Shown in pieces: positions 1-15,885 of a stretch of 64,000 bases of DNA. The position numbers and the translations under genes are program-made. Within the stretch, counting starts at the first letter, position 1, and the number at the start of each line of letters is the position of its first letter. This DNA comes from Octopus vulgaris (Eukaryota), in assembly GCA_951406725.2 (NCBI GenBank), contig OX597826.1:6386001-6450000 (forward strand). The letters are read 5' to 3'. Below the pieces are notes generated by a model. It saw only the letters and a list, made by a program, of their open reading frames with translations. It had not been told where the DNA came from and made no database searches.

Positions 1-112
1 TAGCTAGGTTGTGTTTCTTTTTGCTTTGTTCATCTAAAAGATTTTTAAATAATACTAATTTTTTAGTTAATAGCTGTTTTAAATTAATATCGTATAGTCA
101 GTGGTTTTTCAG

Positions 113-249
113 ATGTAACTACGGATAATCATTTTATCGATTGCCAGGTTATTTGTAATAGTATATTCTGCATGCATCACGGCACACTTATGAATGAAGA
201 GCGTGCTAGATCCAGTACAGCCCCCGTGAAAATGTTTTGCAACTGCCAG
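113..249 (+). CDS. Internal coding exon of an unidentified gene (phase 1 to 0), (x)VTTDNHFIDCQVICNSIFCMHHGTLMNEERARSSTAPVKMFCNCQ
   Basis: Acceptor tttttcag ends at 112, donor CAG|gtaggt at 250; 137 nt open in one frame; non-repetitive, Cys-rich; phase matches the next exon. Confidence 0.65.
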
Positions 250-507
250 GTAGGTCTCTAAAATTAGACCACATTTGAATTCGGCTTCTAAATTTACGTG
301 TTGAAACAATGAAGTAGCAACAAAAATGGTTCAATCGAAAATAGCTCTCCCTCCAAATATATGGACTTATAACTATATTGATAAATATTGTTATTATGTT
401 TATTATATATATGAGAAATTATCTGAATAATTCGCTTGTTCTGCTTTTGCATGTTTGTTATTTAATGTGACAAAGTAGAGTCATATGTACATTTAATATG
501 AGGTAGC

Positions 508-1330
508 GAAGGCGGCCAGCTGAAAGAAAGTTTAGCACGCCGGGCGAAATGCTTAGCTGTATTTCGTCAGTCTTTACGTTCTGAGTTCAAATTCCGCTGA
601 GGTCGACTTTGTCTTTCATCCTTTCGGGGTCGAAAAATCTACGTACCATTTAAGCACTGGGGTCGATGTGATCGACTTAATCCCTTTGCTTGTCCTTGTT
701 TGTCCCCTCAATGTTTAGCCCATTGTCGGCAATAAAGATATAAGACTCGTTAGCAAGTCGGGCGAAATGCGTAGCCGTATTTCATCTGCCGTTACGTTCT
801 GAGTTCAAATTCCGCCGAGGTAGACTTTGCTTTTCATCATTTCGGGGTCGATGAATTAAAGACCAGTTACGCACTGGGGTCGATGTAATCGACTTAATCC
901 GCTTGTCTGTCCTTTTTTGTACCTTCTTTGTTTAGCCCCTAGAGGGTAGTCAAGAAATAGGTATTTCGTCTGTCTTTACGTTCTGAGTCCGAATTCCGCC
1001 GGGGTCGCCTTCGTCTTTTATACTTTTGAGGTCGATTAAATTAAGTACCAGTTGCGTAGTGGGGTCGATTTAATCGACTGACCCCCTCACCCAAAATTTC
1101 GGGCGTTGTGCCAGGAGTGGAGAAAAATATGAGGCAGCGAGCTAAGTCGACGATCTGACAAAACCGTTAGCACGTCGGGCAAAATGCCTAGTGGCTTTCC
1201 TTCCAACCTTACGTTCTGAGTTCAAATGCTGCCGAGGTTGACTTTGCTTTTCATCCCTTCCTGGGTCGATCTATTCGAATTATTCCCGCCTCCAAAATTA
1301 CTGGCCATGAGCCAAAACTTGAAATATGAG
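508..1330 (+). mobile_element. Tandem multimer (about 4 units) of tRNA-derived SINE family A
   Basis: Repeated ~200-bp unit ttagcacg.cgggcgaaatg...ttctgagttcaaattccgccgagg tcgactttgc...ggggtcgat; B-box-like GAGTTCAAAT in the units. Confidence 0.8.
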
Positions 1331-2020
1331 AATATGATCGTCAATATGAACAGAGTACCACACATTATATCTGGTGCGGGTATAGTCGTTTGCATCAATC
1401 CTATTATTTCGGCCTAAGGATGATGGAAGTCACTGTGAACCCCAGTGGAATTTAAGCTTAAAAATATAAAGAGAAACTCGTAAAAGTCAAGCAGCTTAAC
1501 TCGGAAACTCAATCCATACCATCAAAGATATATTAAACGACCGCATAAAATTAATACACACACACACATACACACAAACAAACACATACATATGTAGGTA
1601 TGTATATGCGTATGTTTGTGTGTGTGCACGAGCGGGTGTGTGTGTTTAAATTTTTTTTCACGGCTTCCGACAACAAAATAGAAATTTTGACAGGGACGAG
1701 ATACTCTGGGGGAAAATACTTGTGCCTCAATTACATGAAATCGAACCTAGCAAAACATAGTTTCGAAACAATGTAAATCACTGCATACATCCAATATAAT
1801 TGGACAAATGGAAAAACTCGATGATAATTTCCTTGCAAAAGATAAAAGTTTTCTTTCTGGAGAAATTCCCAGACTTCTCAGGGAGAACCAGAATTGTTGA
1901 TCAATTCCACCGAATACCATCGTGTATGAACGAATACCGTCTAGGTCATCGCAACCTTTGTTGGTTTTGTTTGTTTGTTTGTTTGTTGTTGTTGATTTTT
2001 GTTTGAGAAACCATAGACTT

Positions 2021-2064
<44 letters not shown>

Positions 2065-2604
2065 TTTCATCAGTCATGGATTAATAAAATAAAACAGAAA
2101 TACAATTGATTGCACCATACATGGTCGGAATTTTGAAATTGATCCGTCACAAATGTGTCACATCAACATTCTCTGCCCCTCACCTTATTTCTTCCTCTTT
2201 CCACATTCCTTTTCACACATTCCCTCTCCCAACCTCTCCTCTATCCTTTCCCTGTCTTTCTCAATCTGAAGGGAAATCAACGGAACGCAGTCCGTTCCGT
2301 TGTCTGCAGCCGCAGCTGAGTCTATTTTTTAATGTTAAAGCGAACAGTAAGCGCATGAAAATACCCGGTAACTTTTATCATTTATTTGTTTAATTCTATA
2401 TCTTTTGTTTTTCCCTTCCTTTTTTTTGTACACTTTCGATTTTGTATTTTCTGTTGGTGCAGTTATTTTTACAATCATTTATTTATTTTTGTCGTTATTT
2501 CTTGTGGAACGTTAGCATAAAATCTCACACATTTTTCCCATATAACATTAAATCTGTTTTTCCCTCTGCTTGCTGTTTTTATTTTATTTAGTTCTTTGCT
2601 GTAG

Positions 2605-2729
2605 CTATATGACAGCGATGAAGTACGGTTTGAACTCAGTCCACCTCATCTTCTGTTGAGAGAACCAGCTGTTTGTCATGAGCAACGTGATTGTAATCAC
2701 AAATTAGCTCACATTACTTTTTCCGATTC
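2605..2729 (+). CDS. Internal coding exon (phase 0 to 2), LYDSDEVRFELSPPHLLLREPAVCHEQRDCNHKLAHITFSD(S)
   Basis: Long pyrimidine tract and ttctttgctgtag acceptor, gtaagc donor at 2730; open frame continues exon 113-249. Confidence 0.65.
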
Positions 2730-2877
2730 GTAAGCCTTGGAGGATGAACCGAACTGTGCACTAGGTGTTCCTTTACTACGCGTCTATACATCACATAACT
2801 ATTTACAGTCAAACTTTCATAGACGCACTTCTGTAAATAAATATTAGAAGTCTCTCATAAATTCATAAAATATTATA

Positions 2878-3443
2878 TTGGGTTGTCCGGAAAGTTCGTG
2901 TCGACTTTTAAAGGAAAGAAAAATCTCAATGAGTACTTGCCTTTACATTTTTAATCAACCAAATATGAACCATTTTCTTGAACAATGCGTCTCCATCTTT
3001 CCTTTAACTTGAAAACACCCTCTTCCCAGAACTGAGGTTGTTTCATGGCTAAGCATTCATCAAGGTATCTTCTTACGTCATCCAAGGAATTGAAATATTT
3101 ACCATTAAGACTATTCTGCAGAGACCTGAATAAGTGGAAATCAAAAGGAACAATATCTTGTGAATATGAAGGGTGGAGTAACACATCCCAGCCGAGCTGT
3201 AGCAATTTTTGTCTGGTTCCCAAAGCATCAAGTACCGAAAATGAACTTTCTTATCTTTCATTTTAAAGTGTTACAGAATTAACACAGGTTATAGGAACAT
3301 AGACCTTCTTCCACGAAAAGATAGCTTAAACTGTGCTCTAAATGGAGGTGTAGTCAAATCCTCTTTTATGGACTCAACCTTTTTCTAAAATAAATCGAAA
3401 GTTAAGCTACTATACATCGGCATGAACTTTCCGGACAACCCAA
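2878..3443 (-). mobile_element. Internally deleted mariner (mellifera-subfamily-like)
   Basis: TIRs TTGGGTTGTCCGGAAAGTTC(G/A)TG, TA on both sides; transposase N-terminus MKDKKVHFRYLML fused to C-terminus with HPSYSQDIVPFDFHLFRSL (YSPDLAPSD motif). Confidence 0.92.
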
Positions 3444-4092
3444 TACATTTGTATCTACCGTGTAAACTAACCCATCTGTTTTTGACTACTATTCTTTATG
3501 TTTGATATAATCTTGTAATAAGTGTTGATAAATTAAATTATATTCTCTATAACAGTCGTAATTATTTCTGTTAACTTCTAGAATTTCATAGTAAATGTTA
3601 CAAAGTGATATATAGAAACTGGTATTTAAAAATATGACACATATGCATCAAAAATATATTCCGCATATGCTATACAAGCCTCAATGCCTTATACAAAAAT
3701 ACTTTATTAGCATTTGAATTGGATAAGAGTAATATGCTGGGTTGGAAAGAAGTGATGTATAAGAATCATAAACTTATGGTTTAGAATTTGATGCACTTCA
3801 GATATAATGCCAAAGTTTCCAAAGATATGATGCGCCATCGTTTGTTTGCGACTGATACACGTTTGTTATAAATTTCTTTCAGTTTTTTTCCATGTTTGAG
3901 AATTATATTTTTCACGAGGTAATTCTAGTCGCTTCATGTAGCATACCGAAACGTAATACATATATTTAGAGATACTTAAGGCATCCTTAAAGTATTTGTA
4001 TGTTAATAAATTTGACATCACCTTCGTGCATTTATAATTTTTTCTTCGGTCCATTTCCAAATTTATGCTAGTTTAATGACCACTGTCTCTAG

Positions 4093-4141
4093 TATACTAC
4101 CACCATCACCAATGCAGATGAAAGACGATGGGTACAACTGA
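4093..4141 (+). CDS. Probable terminal coding exon (phase 2), (S)ILPPSPMQMKDDGYN*
   Basis: ctgtctctag acceptor, phase compatible with 2605-2729, TGA at 4139-4141, then unique AT-rich sequence with AATAAA motifs (about 4837 and 5761). Confidence 0.45.
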
Positions 4142-4894
4142 ACATTGTGATCCTTAGTGCTACGGAAGTGTCACTCTCTATTTAGAGATTCAAACTGCCG
4201 CTTATGCTTATTGCACAAAGTACAAGGTGACTTTTGGCTTGATAATCCTCATATATGAGTGTGCTGGATCTGTGTCAATGAAGCTGCAACGCTAGAACCT
4301 GGAGTCTTATCCAGCTGTTCTCCGCTGCTTTTCATTATTTTCGGTTTTTTAACTTTTATCTACAAAAAATATGTTCTGAAGTAACATTTTTTCAAAATGT
4401 GTGAAATAATTTGATCTGCACTGCTTTGTTCATTGAACACCAACCCATGAATGTCTCATTGCTTTCGTATTGAGTATTTTATCACCTATGACCCTAATGC
4501 GCCGCATCTATTTATGTTTCATTCTTGCACTCACTATCTTCTATTAATTTGTCTGGAAGTGGACGATGTTCCTAAGTATAACTTCTGTGATACTTGTCTA
4601 CTCTTTCACGACATAAAGCGTAGTAAGTGTATGCAACACCAATTCGACAGCGTCATCAGTTTTGATGGGATGCCTCGTCTTGTCACTGAGCTTAAAAAAC
4701 AGATCCGCTTTTCCTTATGTCCTACAACGGTAGGGCATTTATTGCGCCACATGGCACTCAGTTTTGCTTTTCACTCCTCCACAGAACGCATAAATTGAAC
4801 TCTCATCGGTTTCCAAACAACATCAATAATTAAGTAAATAAATTTAGTCTTGTTTTCGAGCATTGACGTTGTTCTTATCTTATATCCTACTTAT

Positions 4895-4965
<71 letters not shown>

Positions 4966-6203
4966 GACACCAATCCATGTCCATCGTTTCCTGATGGCTA
5001 ATAACCTGATCAATGAAAAGGGAGAAGTACTTAGAGATTTTGAATTGATAATGAAATATCACCTGAAATCTAAGATTCAACAATAAAATATGAATATTTG
5101 TCACATCAAATCTAACTGGTTTAGACTCAGAGGAAACGGATACTAGACATATATTAGATCAGTAGTATTTTGCCTACATAATTTACGGCTTATGACAGCC
5201 CATCACATGCGATAAGTGTTTCATCAGTTTTGATAGACTGTCAGTTATCAGAAGTACAAACGTTGAATTATTCCAAAGCGGAATGGCTGTATTTCAATGA
5301 CATACCTATAAAGATCACCATACCTGAAGTTAGTACGCAAGTATTCAGGATTTTTCACTTGTTTGTATCAAAGTCAAATCACATTCAATGTTAAAGGCAG
5401 TTTGTGCTTTAGATTAATAGAAATATGTTTTACTCAATTTCGAAGCCGAAAGTTTTCTTATCACCAGATTAGGTTCTTATGTTCTATCCTACAACTATTA
5501 ACATTAGGCTGATTCTTATAGAAAATAACAATACACGTATCTAAAGATATATTATGATTGGGAACGAAGATTTTGAAAGTCGCTTGATTTTAGCGAATGA
5601 TAATATAGACAAGAGAAATAATATTCGTTTGAAAATCAAAACAGTATCCCTTGCTCTACGAAGCAAATGCTTTTCAGATTTTTATCGCTCAGACAATGTT
5701 GCAGTTATACGCTTACTATTTAGACTCAATTTATTTTTTTGAATTCCCTGTACAATTCAAAATAAAATAAAGTATTAAAAAATACAAAACAAGATTTCAA
5801 GAATAAACATTTTTCATTTCCCGTCTAATGGACCCGATGTTACGTAAACGATTTAAATGAACATTTCAAAGATTTTACAAAATATCTTTAGAAATATATA
5901 CAAAATTATATTAGTTCAACAAAAATATTACAAAAATGATTTCAGGAAAAGACTGAAGCTAATTAATTAAAAGAAAAATGCCATTTCAGATCAAATAATA
6001 TAAGTAGACTCACCAGCTGCCACATATTGCTAAAGGATATTTATACTGATGAAATATATTTATTTCTGAACTAGACAAATAAAATTAGTTTTAAACAAAT
6101 ATGAAACATTAATGCCTATCAAGACTCTTAAATGGCCGTGTTTACCTCAGAAACATTGTTTCACACATATTCACGTAAACAAAACACTAGCTTACACGCA
6201 TAC

Positions 6204-6288
<85 letters not shown>

Positions 6289-6328
6289 TATATATGTGTC
6301 TGTGTGTCTGTGTATATGTATGTATATG

Positions 6329-6406
<78 letters not shown>

Positions 6407-8560
6407 TATCTATAAAATAATATGTTACAATTACTCAATAGTCAAGATAAAACTCTGAGTTTCAGATGCCGAAGAGATGGTGTTGTGGATTTCCACTTCG
6501 GCATCTGAAACTCAGTTTTATCTTGACTATTGAGTAATTGTAACATATTATTTTATAGATAAATTTCCTCTATTTACATAATATTGAGGTCTCTTTTTTT
6601 CTTTTGTTATCTTACCCTAGAAAACGTCGAAGGTTGCCTGGGGAATACGAAGCCACATCCGATAATATAAATGGGAAGCGTTCTACCATAGTATCAATGA
6701 AATCCTTCAGGTTTTCTCAATTTAGAAGCTTCGTTCATACCGGCGATATTGTACAGCGTTTATGTTATAGGTATCTAGAAACTACGACTGAGAGAAGACG
6801 TGAAACTGGAAATAGGTATAGGTATAGTTTATGGCGTGAAAATTTTGTTTAAGATTATCTCGGGTGGGGAATATCGAAGACGGCTTCACTGCTGTGGACC
6901 ATTTATTTGATGTCTCTAAAATTTTCTAAATAATTCTGATATCACTGTGATACACGTAGACTTTCGTCACAAGTTGTATTTAATGAGAGGGCAATTCATG
7001 CCTGCAAATTCACTCATGAAATTATTTGATACGCGATAAATGATTATGTAACGATGTTAAAAACCCAATGTTAGAAGCCAAATGATAGACTTAGTTATAT
7101 TAATGTAGGTTCATGCCATCCCCCTATAATATTTAAAAATTTAATTAAAAACATTAGCAAGAGAATTTCTAGCCTCTCCTCCGATAAGGACATTTTTAAT
7201 AGCGTTGCCCCAGTATATAATAAGGCTATAACCTATACACCTGCCACTAGCCCAACAATAAAGAAGAGAAGAAGAGGAGACATAGGAATAGGAAAACCAT
7301 CTGGTTCACACACCCCTACTCACCAGAGGTGACCTTCAATATAGGGAAGTATTTCTTAGTACTGACAGATAGACATTTTCCAGTCAACCACACTTACAGG
7401 AAGCACTTCAATAGACACAACTTAAAAATCAGTTTCAGCTCAACTACCAATTTTAAAAATATAATCGCACACAACACACAAAAACCACAATACGAAACCA
7501 GCTGTTCATGCAGGGATAAAAAAACTGTGTCCACTAAATGGAGCTTGCATGTCCGAGACCATCATCTACGAAGCTACTGTGGACTCTATACCCACTAAAG
7601 ACATGGTTTCCCATGCGTGGGCCTTACAGAGGGTAATTTCAAGGCCAGGTTCAATAATCACACCTTGAGCTTTAGGCACTGGGATAAAAGGAAAACGACC
7701 AAAGTATCCAGTCATATATGGTCATTAAAAGATAAAGGTGTCAGTTACAACATCCAGTGGACCTTCCACCCTGCATTTTTCCCTGTGCGTATATAGACGT
7801 GTATATGGAATCCTTTGTGCGCACATGTGGATGTGTGCGTGTGTGAGGTTTGTGTGCATATAGATGTGTACGTGTGTGCATGCATGCAAGTACGTGCGTA
7901 TATAGACGTATTTTACTCAGTGTTTTCCTGTATTATTTTTTATACGTTTGTATAATCCTTTTTGTGCGTGCGTGTGTGTGCGTGTGTGTGCGTATATAGA
8001 CGTGTACTGGTATGTACGTATATGGGCGTGTGTGTGTGCGTACATAAGTGTATGTGCGTATATAAACGTGGTTTACTCTTTGTATACTCCCTTATGCCTT
8101 TTTTCTCTATTGTTACCCTTAATCCTGTTTTTTCTTGTGCTTGTGCGTATGTAGACGTATGTATGAACTTTTACGGTTCGTGTGTGTGTGGGGTGGTGGA
8201 TGTATATACATATATTTTTGGCGAAGGATGCGAGTGAAGATGTGTACTTTTTTCAAGTGAGAGTGTGGGTGAATGTATGCGTACGCACGTGGGTGTGCAG
8301 GCGCACATGTGTAGGTATGAACGGCATGCTTACGTGAATACTATAAAATGTTTAACCCCTTACCTTACTTAGCAGTCATTCGAATAGCTCTTTCGTCTTA
8401 ATAGTGGTCAGTAACACAGTAATTTCCCTTTGTATAACGGTCATTTTTCACAGCGTTTTTCCGTTGGCCGGATAACTGAAGAGATAGTGGCATGGATTTC
8501 CACCTCGGCATCTGAAAGTCGGAGTTTTATCTTGGCTACCGAATACTTGTCACATATTAC
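6407..8560 (+). mobile_element. Decayed Penelope-like element (Neptune-type) with inverted 5' pseudo-LTR piece and 3' hammerhead-like motif
   Basis: About 7080-7760 encodes frameshifted RT-thumb/linker (YINVGSCHPP..., IWFTHPYS..., CSCR..CPLNGAC) and GIY-YIG parts (IIYEATV..., GLTEGNFKARFNNH..., HIWSLKDK); 6471-6550 is repeated at 8478-8560; bounded by (TA)n. Confidence 0.8.
8471..8531 (+). ncRNA. Degenerate type I hammerhead ribozyme in the PLE pseudo-LTR
   Basis: GATAA-CTGAAGA-stem II-GAAA-gtcggaGTT-TTATC; stem I GATAA/TTATC; the 5' inverted copy reads GAAACTCAGAGTT, restoring stem III; stem II base imperfect. Confidence 0.55.
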
Positions 8561-10059
8561 ATTTGCATATATATATATATAAATTAGAAAAAACACATTT
8601 TATCAATTCAAAATGAAGAATTAAATTACACCATCTAGAAAATTTTATATATAATAGAAATATTAAAATTAAAATAACAATAATATACCGATGAATAAGT
8701 AAATTGCAAAATGATAATAAAAAAATAAGAAATGATTATAGTAAAAAAATATAGTAGTAATAAAATCACTTCGATATAAATATATCCACTCATCAGGTTG
8801 TTTGTTTGATAATGTGTGATTGTTTGCTTCATAAGAGTCTTGGAGAACTTTACGATACTGTATTTACAGTAGCTGCGTGTCGACCTACATAATGTGAATA
8901 AAGTGGGGTTGACAAACGGCGTGTCAGCTCTCCGAATGTCGTATGCCTCTAACTGAGAGGTCCGGCTTGTATTACACATTGGCGTACTTGTACTCTACGT
9001 TAAAGTTGCACTTGATTGAAATAATAAGTCATTTACAAGATAAGAGAGTCAATGATTTGTTTTTACTTGATCGAAATCCAGAAAAGTCATCGTCGAATAC
9101 AACGCAAATCCATTAATCTTGAATTTGTATAAGATGTGTGTATTCATGCTCATAAGAACAACCACCAGTTCTTCACTTTTAAAAGCACATTTATATTGAG
9201 AAAAACTGACATTGACAGGGGAAAAAAATTAAATTTATGCAAAATGTGTTAAGCGTAAATTGACTGCTTAGCATAACTCTTTTTTCTGTCGTAGCATCAG
9301 TTTATTGATGAGTTGCACAACATGAATATCTGCTAACGAAATATATTGTTATTTTGCGTACTTCAACTACTTGGCAAATTTCATTAACTGACCGATAAAT
9401 ATTTTGAAAATCTGTTTAATAATATTTATCAAAACCTGCCTAATTTTTAATACTGGAACATATAACAAAATTTATTATATAATTGTAAGTCTTTCTCGTT
9501 GAATTCTTCAATATAATTTTAATGATCAACGACCGGAATGATACTTGCAGATCTCTTTTTACAGTATCACTAATTCTATTACACATACAGTACGTCGTCT
9601 AATTGAATTGCAGTAAATATATTTTGAAAATAAGTATTTTAAATTATGTTTATTTAAAATAACATCTTAAATAAAATATAATTGAGCCAACCCGGAATGT
9701 ATAACTGAACTTTTGTCGCGAGCGAGACATAGGTTTCAGCAAGTTAAAAACTTAGAACTTTGAAAATAAATATGGAGTTTAAAACAGTTTAAATCAATTT
9801 GCTCAGAGCAGATTCGATATAATTTATATTTCCCCACACCCAATTCAGGTTATGGACCCAAATTTGTAAGTGCAACATCGTTTTTGGAAATCTCACTAGA
9901 AATATTATTCTGGTGGACATACGTCCATACACCCACCCAAACACAGACACACACACTCACACACACACACATATATGTATATATGTATGTGTATATATAT
10001 ATATATGTGTGTGTGTGTGTCTTCACACGGATGTTTTCTTAGACACAGAACAGTGAACT

Positions 10060-11555
10060 AGTTAGTTAGTTAGTTAGTTAGTTAATTTGGCTCAAAAGCA
10101 AATAGCAAGGCCATGTAGGGGGACATGGAGTTAAGTACAGGGTGGTGTTCATGTAAAGAGTTCAGGCCACTTGAGGTCCAGGGAGGCTTTGAACAAAGCG
10201 GTCGTCGGCATCTTCACCATCTCGTCTGGCAGCTTGTTCCACGGATCCGCAACCCGGACGGAGAAAGCTCCTCTCCTTCGATTGAGATGAAATCATCGCA
10301 GGTAGAGCTTTTCGGAATGACCCCCCAGCCGACGCTCTGGAGCAGGAGTGAAGAACAGCTCTTTCGAGAGGTTACACTTTCCGCTTATGATGTTGTGGGC
10401 GAGAATGAGATCACCACGGCGGCGGCGTTTTTCCAGAGAATAAAGGTCGAGCGTCCTCAGCCTTTCTTCGTAGGACAACTTTTTGAGACCATGAACCATG
10501 CGGGTAGCCAGCCTCTGGACTCTTTCGAGATGCTGTATGTCTTTGAGGAGATAAGGAGAAGAGGCTTGAATCCCATACTCCAATATGGGTCTCACCAGCG
10601 TGACATAGAGTGGTAGGAATATGGCTGCTGTGAGCATTCCGAATGACCGTCGAATCAAGAACAGAATTCCGCGTGCTTTGTTGGCAGCATGGACGCACTG
10701 GGCCGAAGGCGAAAAGGAGGAATCCACCAAGATACCCAGGTCCTTTACCTGATCGGTCCTCTCCAGCAGCAGACGACCCGGCTCGAAATCAAGTTGAGTT
10801 GCAGGAGTAGAGCTGACAGGCAGATGACAGCACTTTGACACGTTCAGACACAGGTCCCAATCGTTAGACCACTTCCAAATTTGGTGGAGGCATCGACGAA
10901 GATCCTCTATATCACCGCGAGGAGCGACCAGTTTGATATCGTCGGCAAATAGAAGGGTGTGTTGCGTGAGGTCGTCGGGCAAGTCATTTATGAAGACTAA
11001 GAACAACAAGGGCCCAAGCACTGAACCTTGAGGCACGCCACTGCTCGCACTGGAGACGTCGGACCGCGAACCATTAACTTGGACTTGGAAGGAGCGATCT
11101 GAGAGGAAGGCACCAACCCATCGTATAATATCCGGATGGAAACTATATGCTTGAAGCTTGACAAGTTATAGGCGATGGTTTACCGAGTCAAAAGCTTTGG
11201 CAAAGTCCAATAAAACGATGTCAACAGCATCACTATCATCGAGGATGCGCGGCACCAATTCTTCCATTACTAGTAAGTTGGTCAAGCATGATCTCTTCGG
11301 CACGAAGCCGTGTTGGGAATCAGAGATAGAGGCTGTGTTTAGGAGGTGGAGCATCATACTTTTCTTAAGGATGGTTTCGAACATCTTATGATTATTGATG
11401 TAAGGGAAACCGGTCGGTAGTTAAGCGTGTCTTCGCGGCTCCCTTTCTTGAAAATTGGGCAGATTATCGCTGTTCTCCAGTCTGCAGGTATAACACCCGT
11501 CGCCAATGACATATTGAATAGTCGTGTTAAGGGCTCGCAGATGACCGGAGCCTTG
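10060..11555 (-). mobile_element. 5'-truncated CR1-clade LINE (RT pseudogene)
   Basis: NYRPVSLTS, QHGFVPKRSCLTNL, LDFAKAFDSV, PQGSVLGPLLF, FADDIKL, LERVQRLATR, RRRRGDLI; in-frame stops at 11166 and 10293; natural stop 10149-10151; 3' stem-loop and (AACT)n tail. Confidence 0.93.
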
Positions 11556-11912
11556 ATAGATTCTATATGTCATAGCAGTGAGATTTCCCTACTAAGCGAC
11601 GACCACAAATAATATAGAGCACCCTATTATGTAATATGGGGGTTCCTGCGCACATAGGAGATGATGCCTGTCTCTGCAATGTATGTGTGAGTTTTCTGTA
11701 CCAAGCACCTCTAGGAGAAGTTTTATCAAAGATAATAAGGCAATATTCGGTATTCTAAGACGACATCCAAGTTCAGTTGTATATAAAGATGGTTGTTTGG
11801 TACTAACATTCTTTCGTTCATATTTAATTAATGCACACGCATACACTCACATATATCAAGATAGAGAGATAGATTTGCAAGGATGTGTGTATGTGTGCGA
11901 GTGTTTGTGCGA

Positions 11913-11967
<55 letters not shown>

Positions 11968-12466
11968 TGTATAAAGTTTGAATGTGGATTCGTCCTTTAA
12001 TTTGGAGGTTTCCAAAAAAAGGTTATTAATGTTGCTTCTTCATATTTTGCTGGGAGTTTACCGGCATAAATTTGCGAAGATATGAAGGTAGTGCTTATAT
12101 AATAACATATGGCGAATTCATGGAATGAAGTCCCATAAAATTCATCAGTTTATTTTAAAATGGAGGAGACAATATATCCTTGCAATGATGGACAGAAGAC
12201 CAATATTGCCGGGATTAAAAATGGTCTGCGACTCAAGAGTAGAGCAAGACGCTAAAGGCGAAATTGTCAACAAGTAGATAAATGAAACAGAAATGCACTA
12301 CTATAATACCAATATTGGGAACTGAAGATTCATTGATGAGTAAAATTGACATGTGAAGAACGTCACCGCTATGCTATTCAGATATCTTTGTGAAATATAT
12401 GACTAATTAGATGGGTAATTTTAATACTATGATAGTAGTAATAATAACAACAACAACAACAACAAC

Positions 12467-15622
<3,156 letters not shown>

Positions 15623-15639
15623 ATAACGTTGACGATAAG

Positions 15640-15885
15640 ACAGACAGAGAAAATAGATGGCTGTAAATGATTAAAAGTGATTTAAATCCAGAAACGTAGG
15701 CCCTAATCTGTGCTGCCTAAGAGCAAGCACTAAGAACAAACGACATAAAATACAGAGTAGACAACACATCAGAAAGTGATAAGTGCAGAATCTCTGGACA
15801 AAACGGTGAAACCGTAGGGCATATTACCAGCTAATATATGCCACTAGCCCAGAAGGAATATAAGAGACGCCACAACAATATAGCC
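15640..15885 (+). mobile_element. Older Dong/R4 fragment (zinc-finger region)
   Basis: Reads ALICAA*EQALRTNDIKYRVD..KCRISG..ETVGHI..LAQKEYKRRHNNIA with stops; follows the same (TAA)n tract. Confidence 0.8.

Noticed and set aside
113-249. EGF-like domain call for the Cys-rich exon
   Set aside because: The third Cys after HHGT is missing and the next exon lacks the G(Y/F)xGxxC ending.
508-1330. CRISPR-like array
   Set aside because: Units are ~200-bp SINE repeats without unique spacers; eukaryotic context and no cas genes.
1790-2400. Possible very old PLE 3' end
   Set aside because: Only a vague resemblance; neither a GIY-YIG motif nor a ribozyme core can be shown.
8760-8800. Minus-strand CTGATGAG...GAAG hammerhead candidate
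   Set aside because: No GAAA and no stems I or III; at most an unrecognisable remnant.
10125-10616. 163-aa plus-strand ORF
   Set aside because: Antisense shadow of the CR1 reverse transcriptase.
12411-12540. Apparent Met start and poly-Ile segment of the Dong ORF
   Set aside because: It is the flanking (TAA)n target read in frame; the element is 5'-truncated at about 12541.
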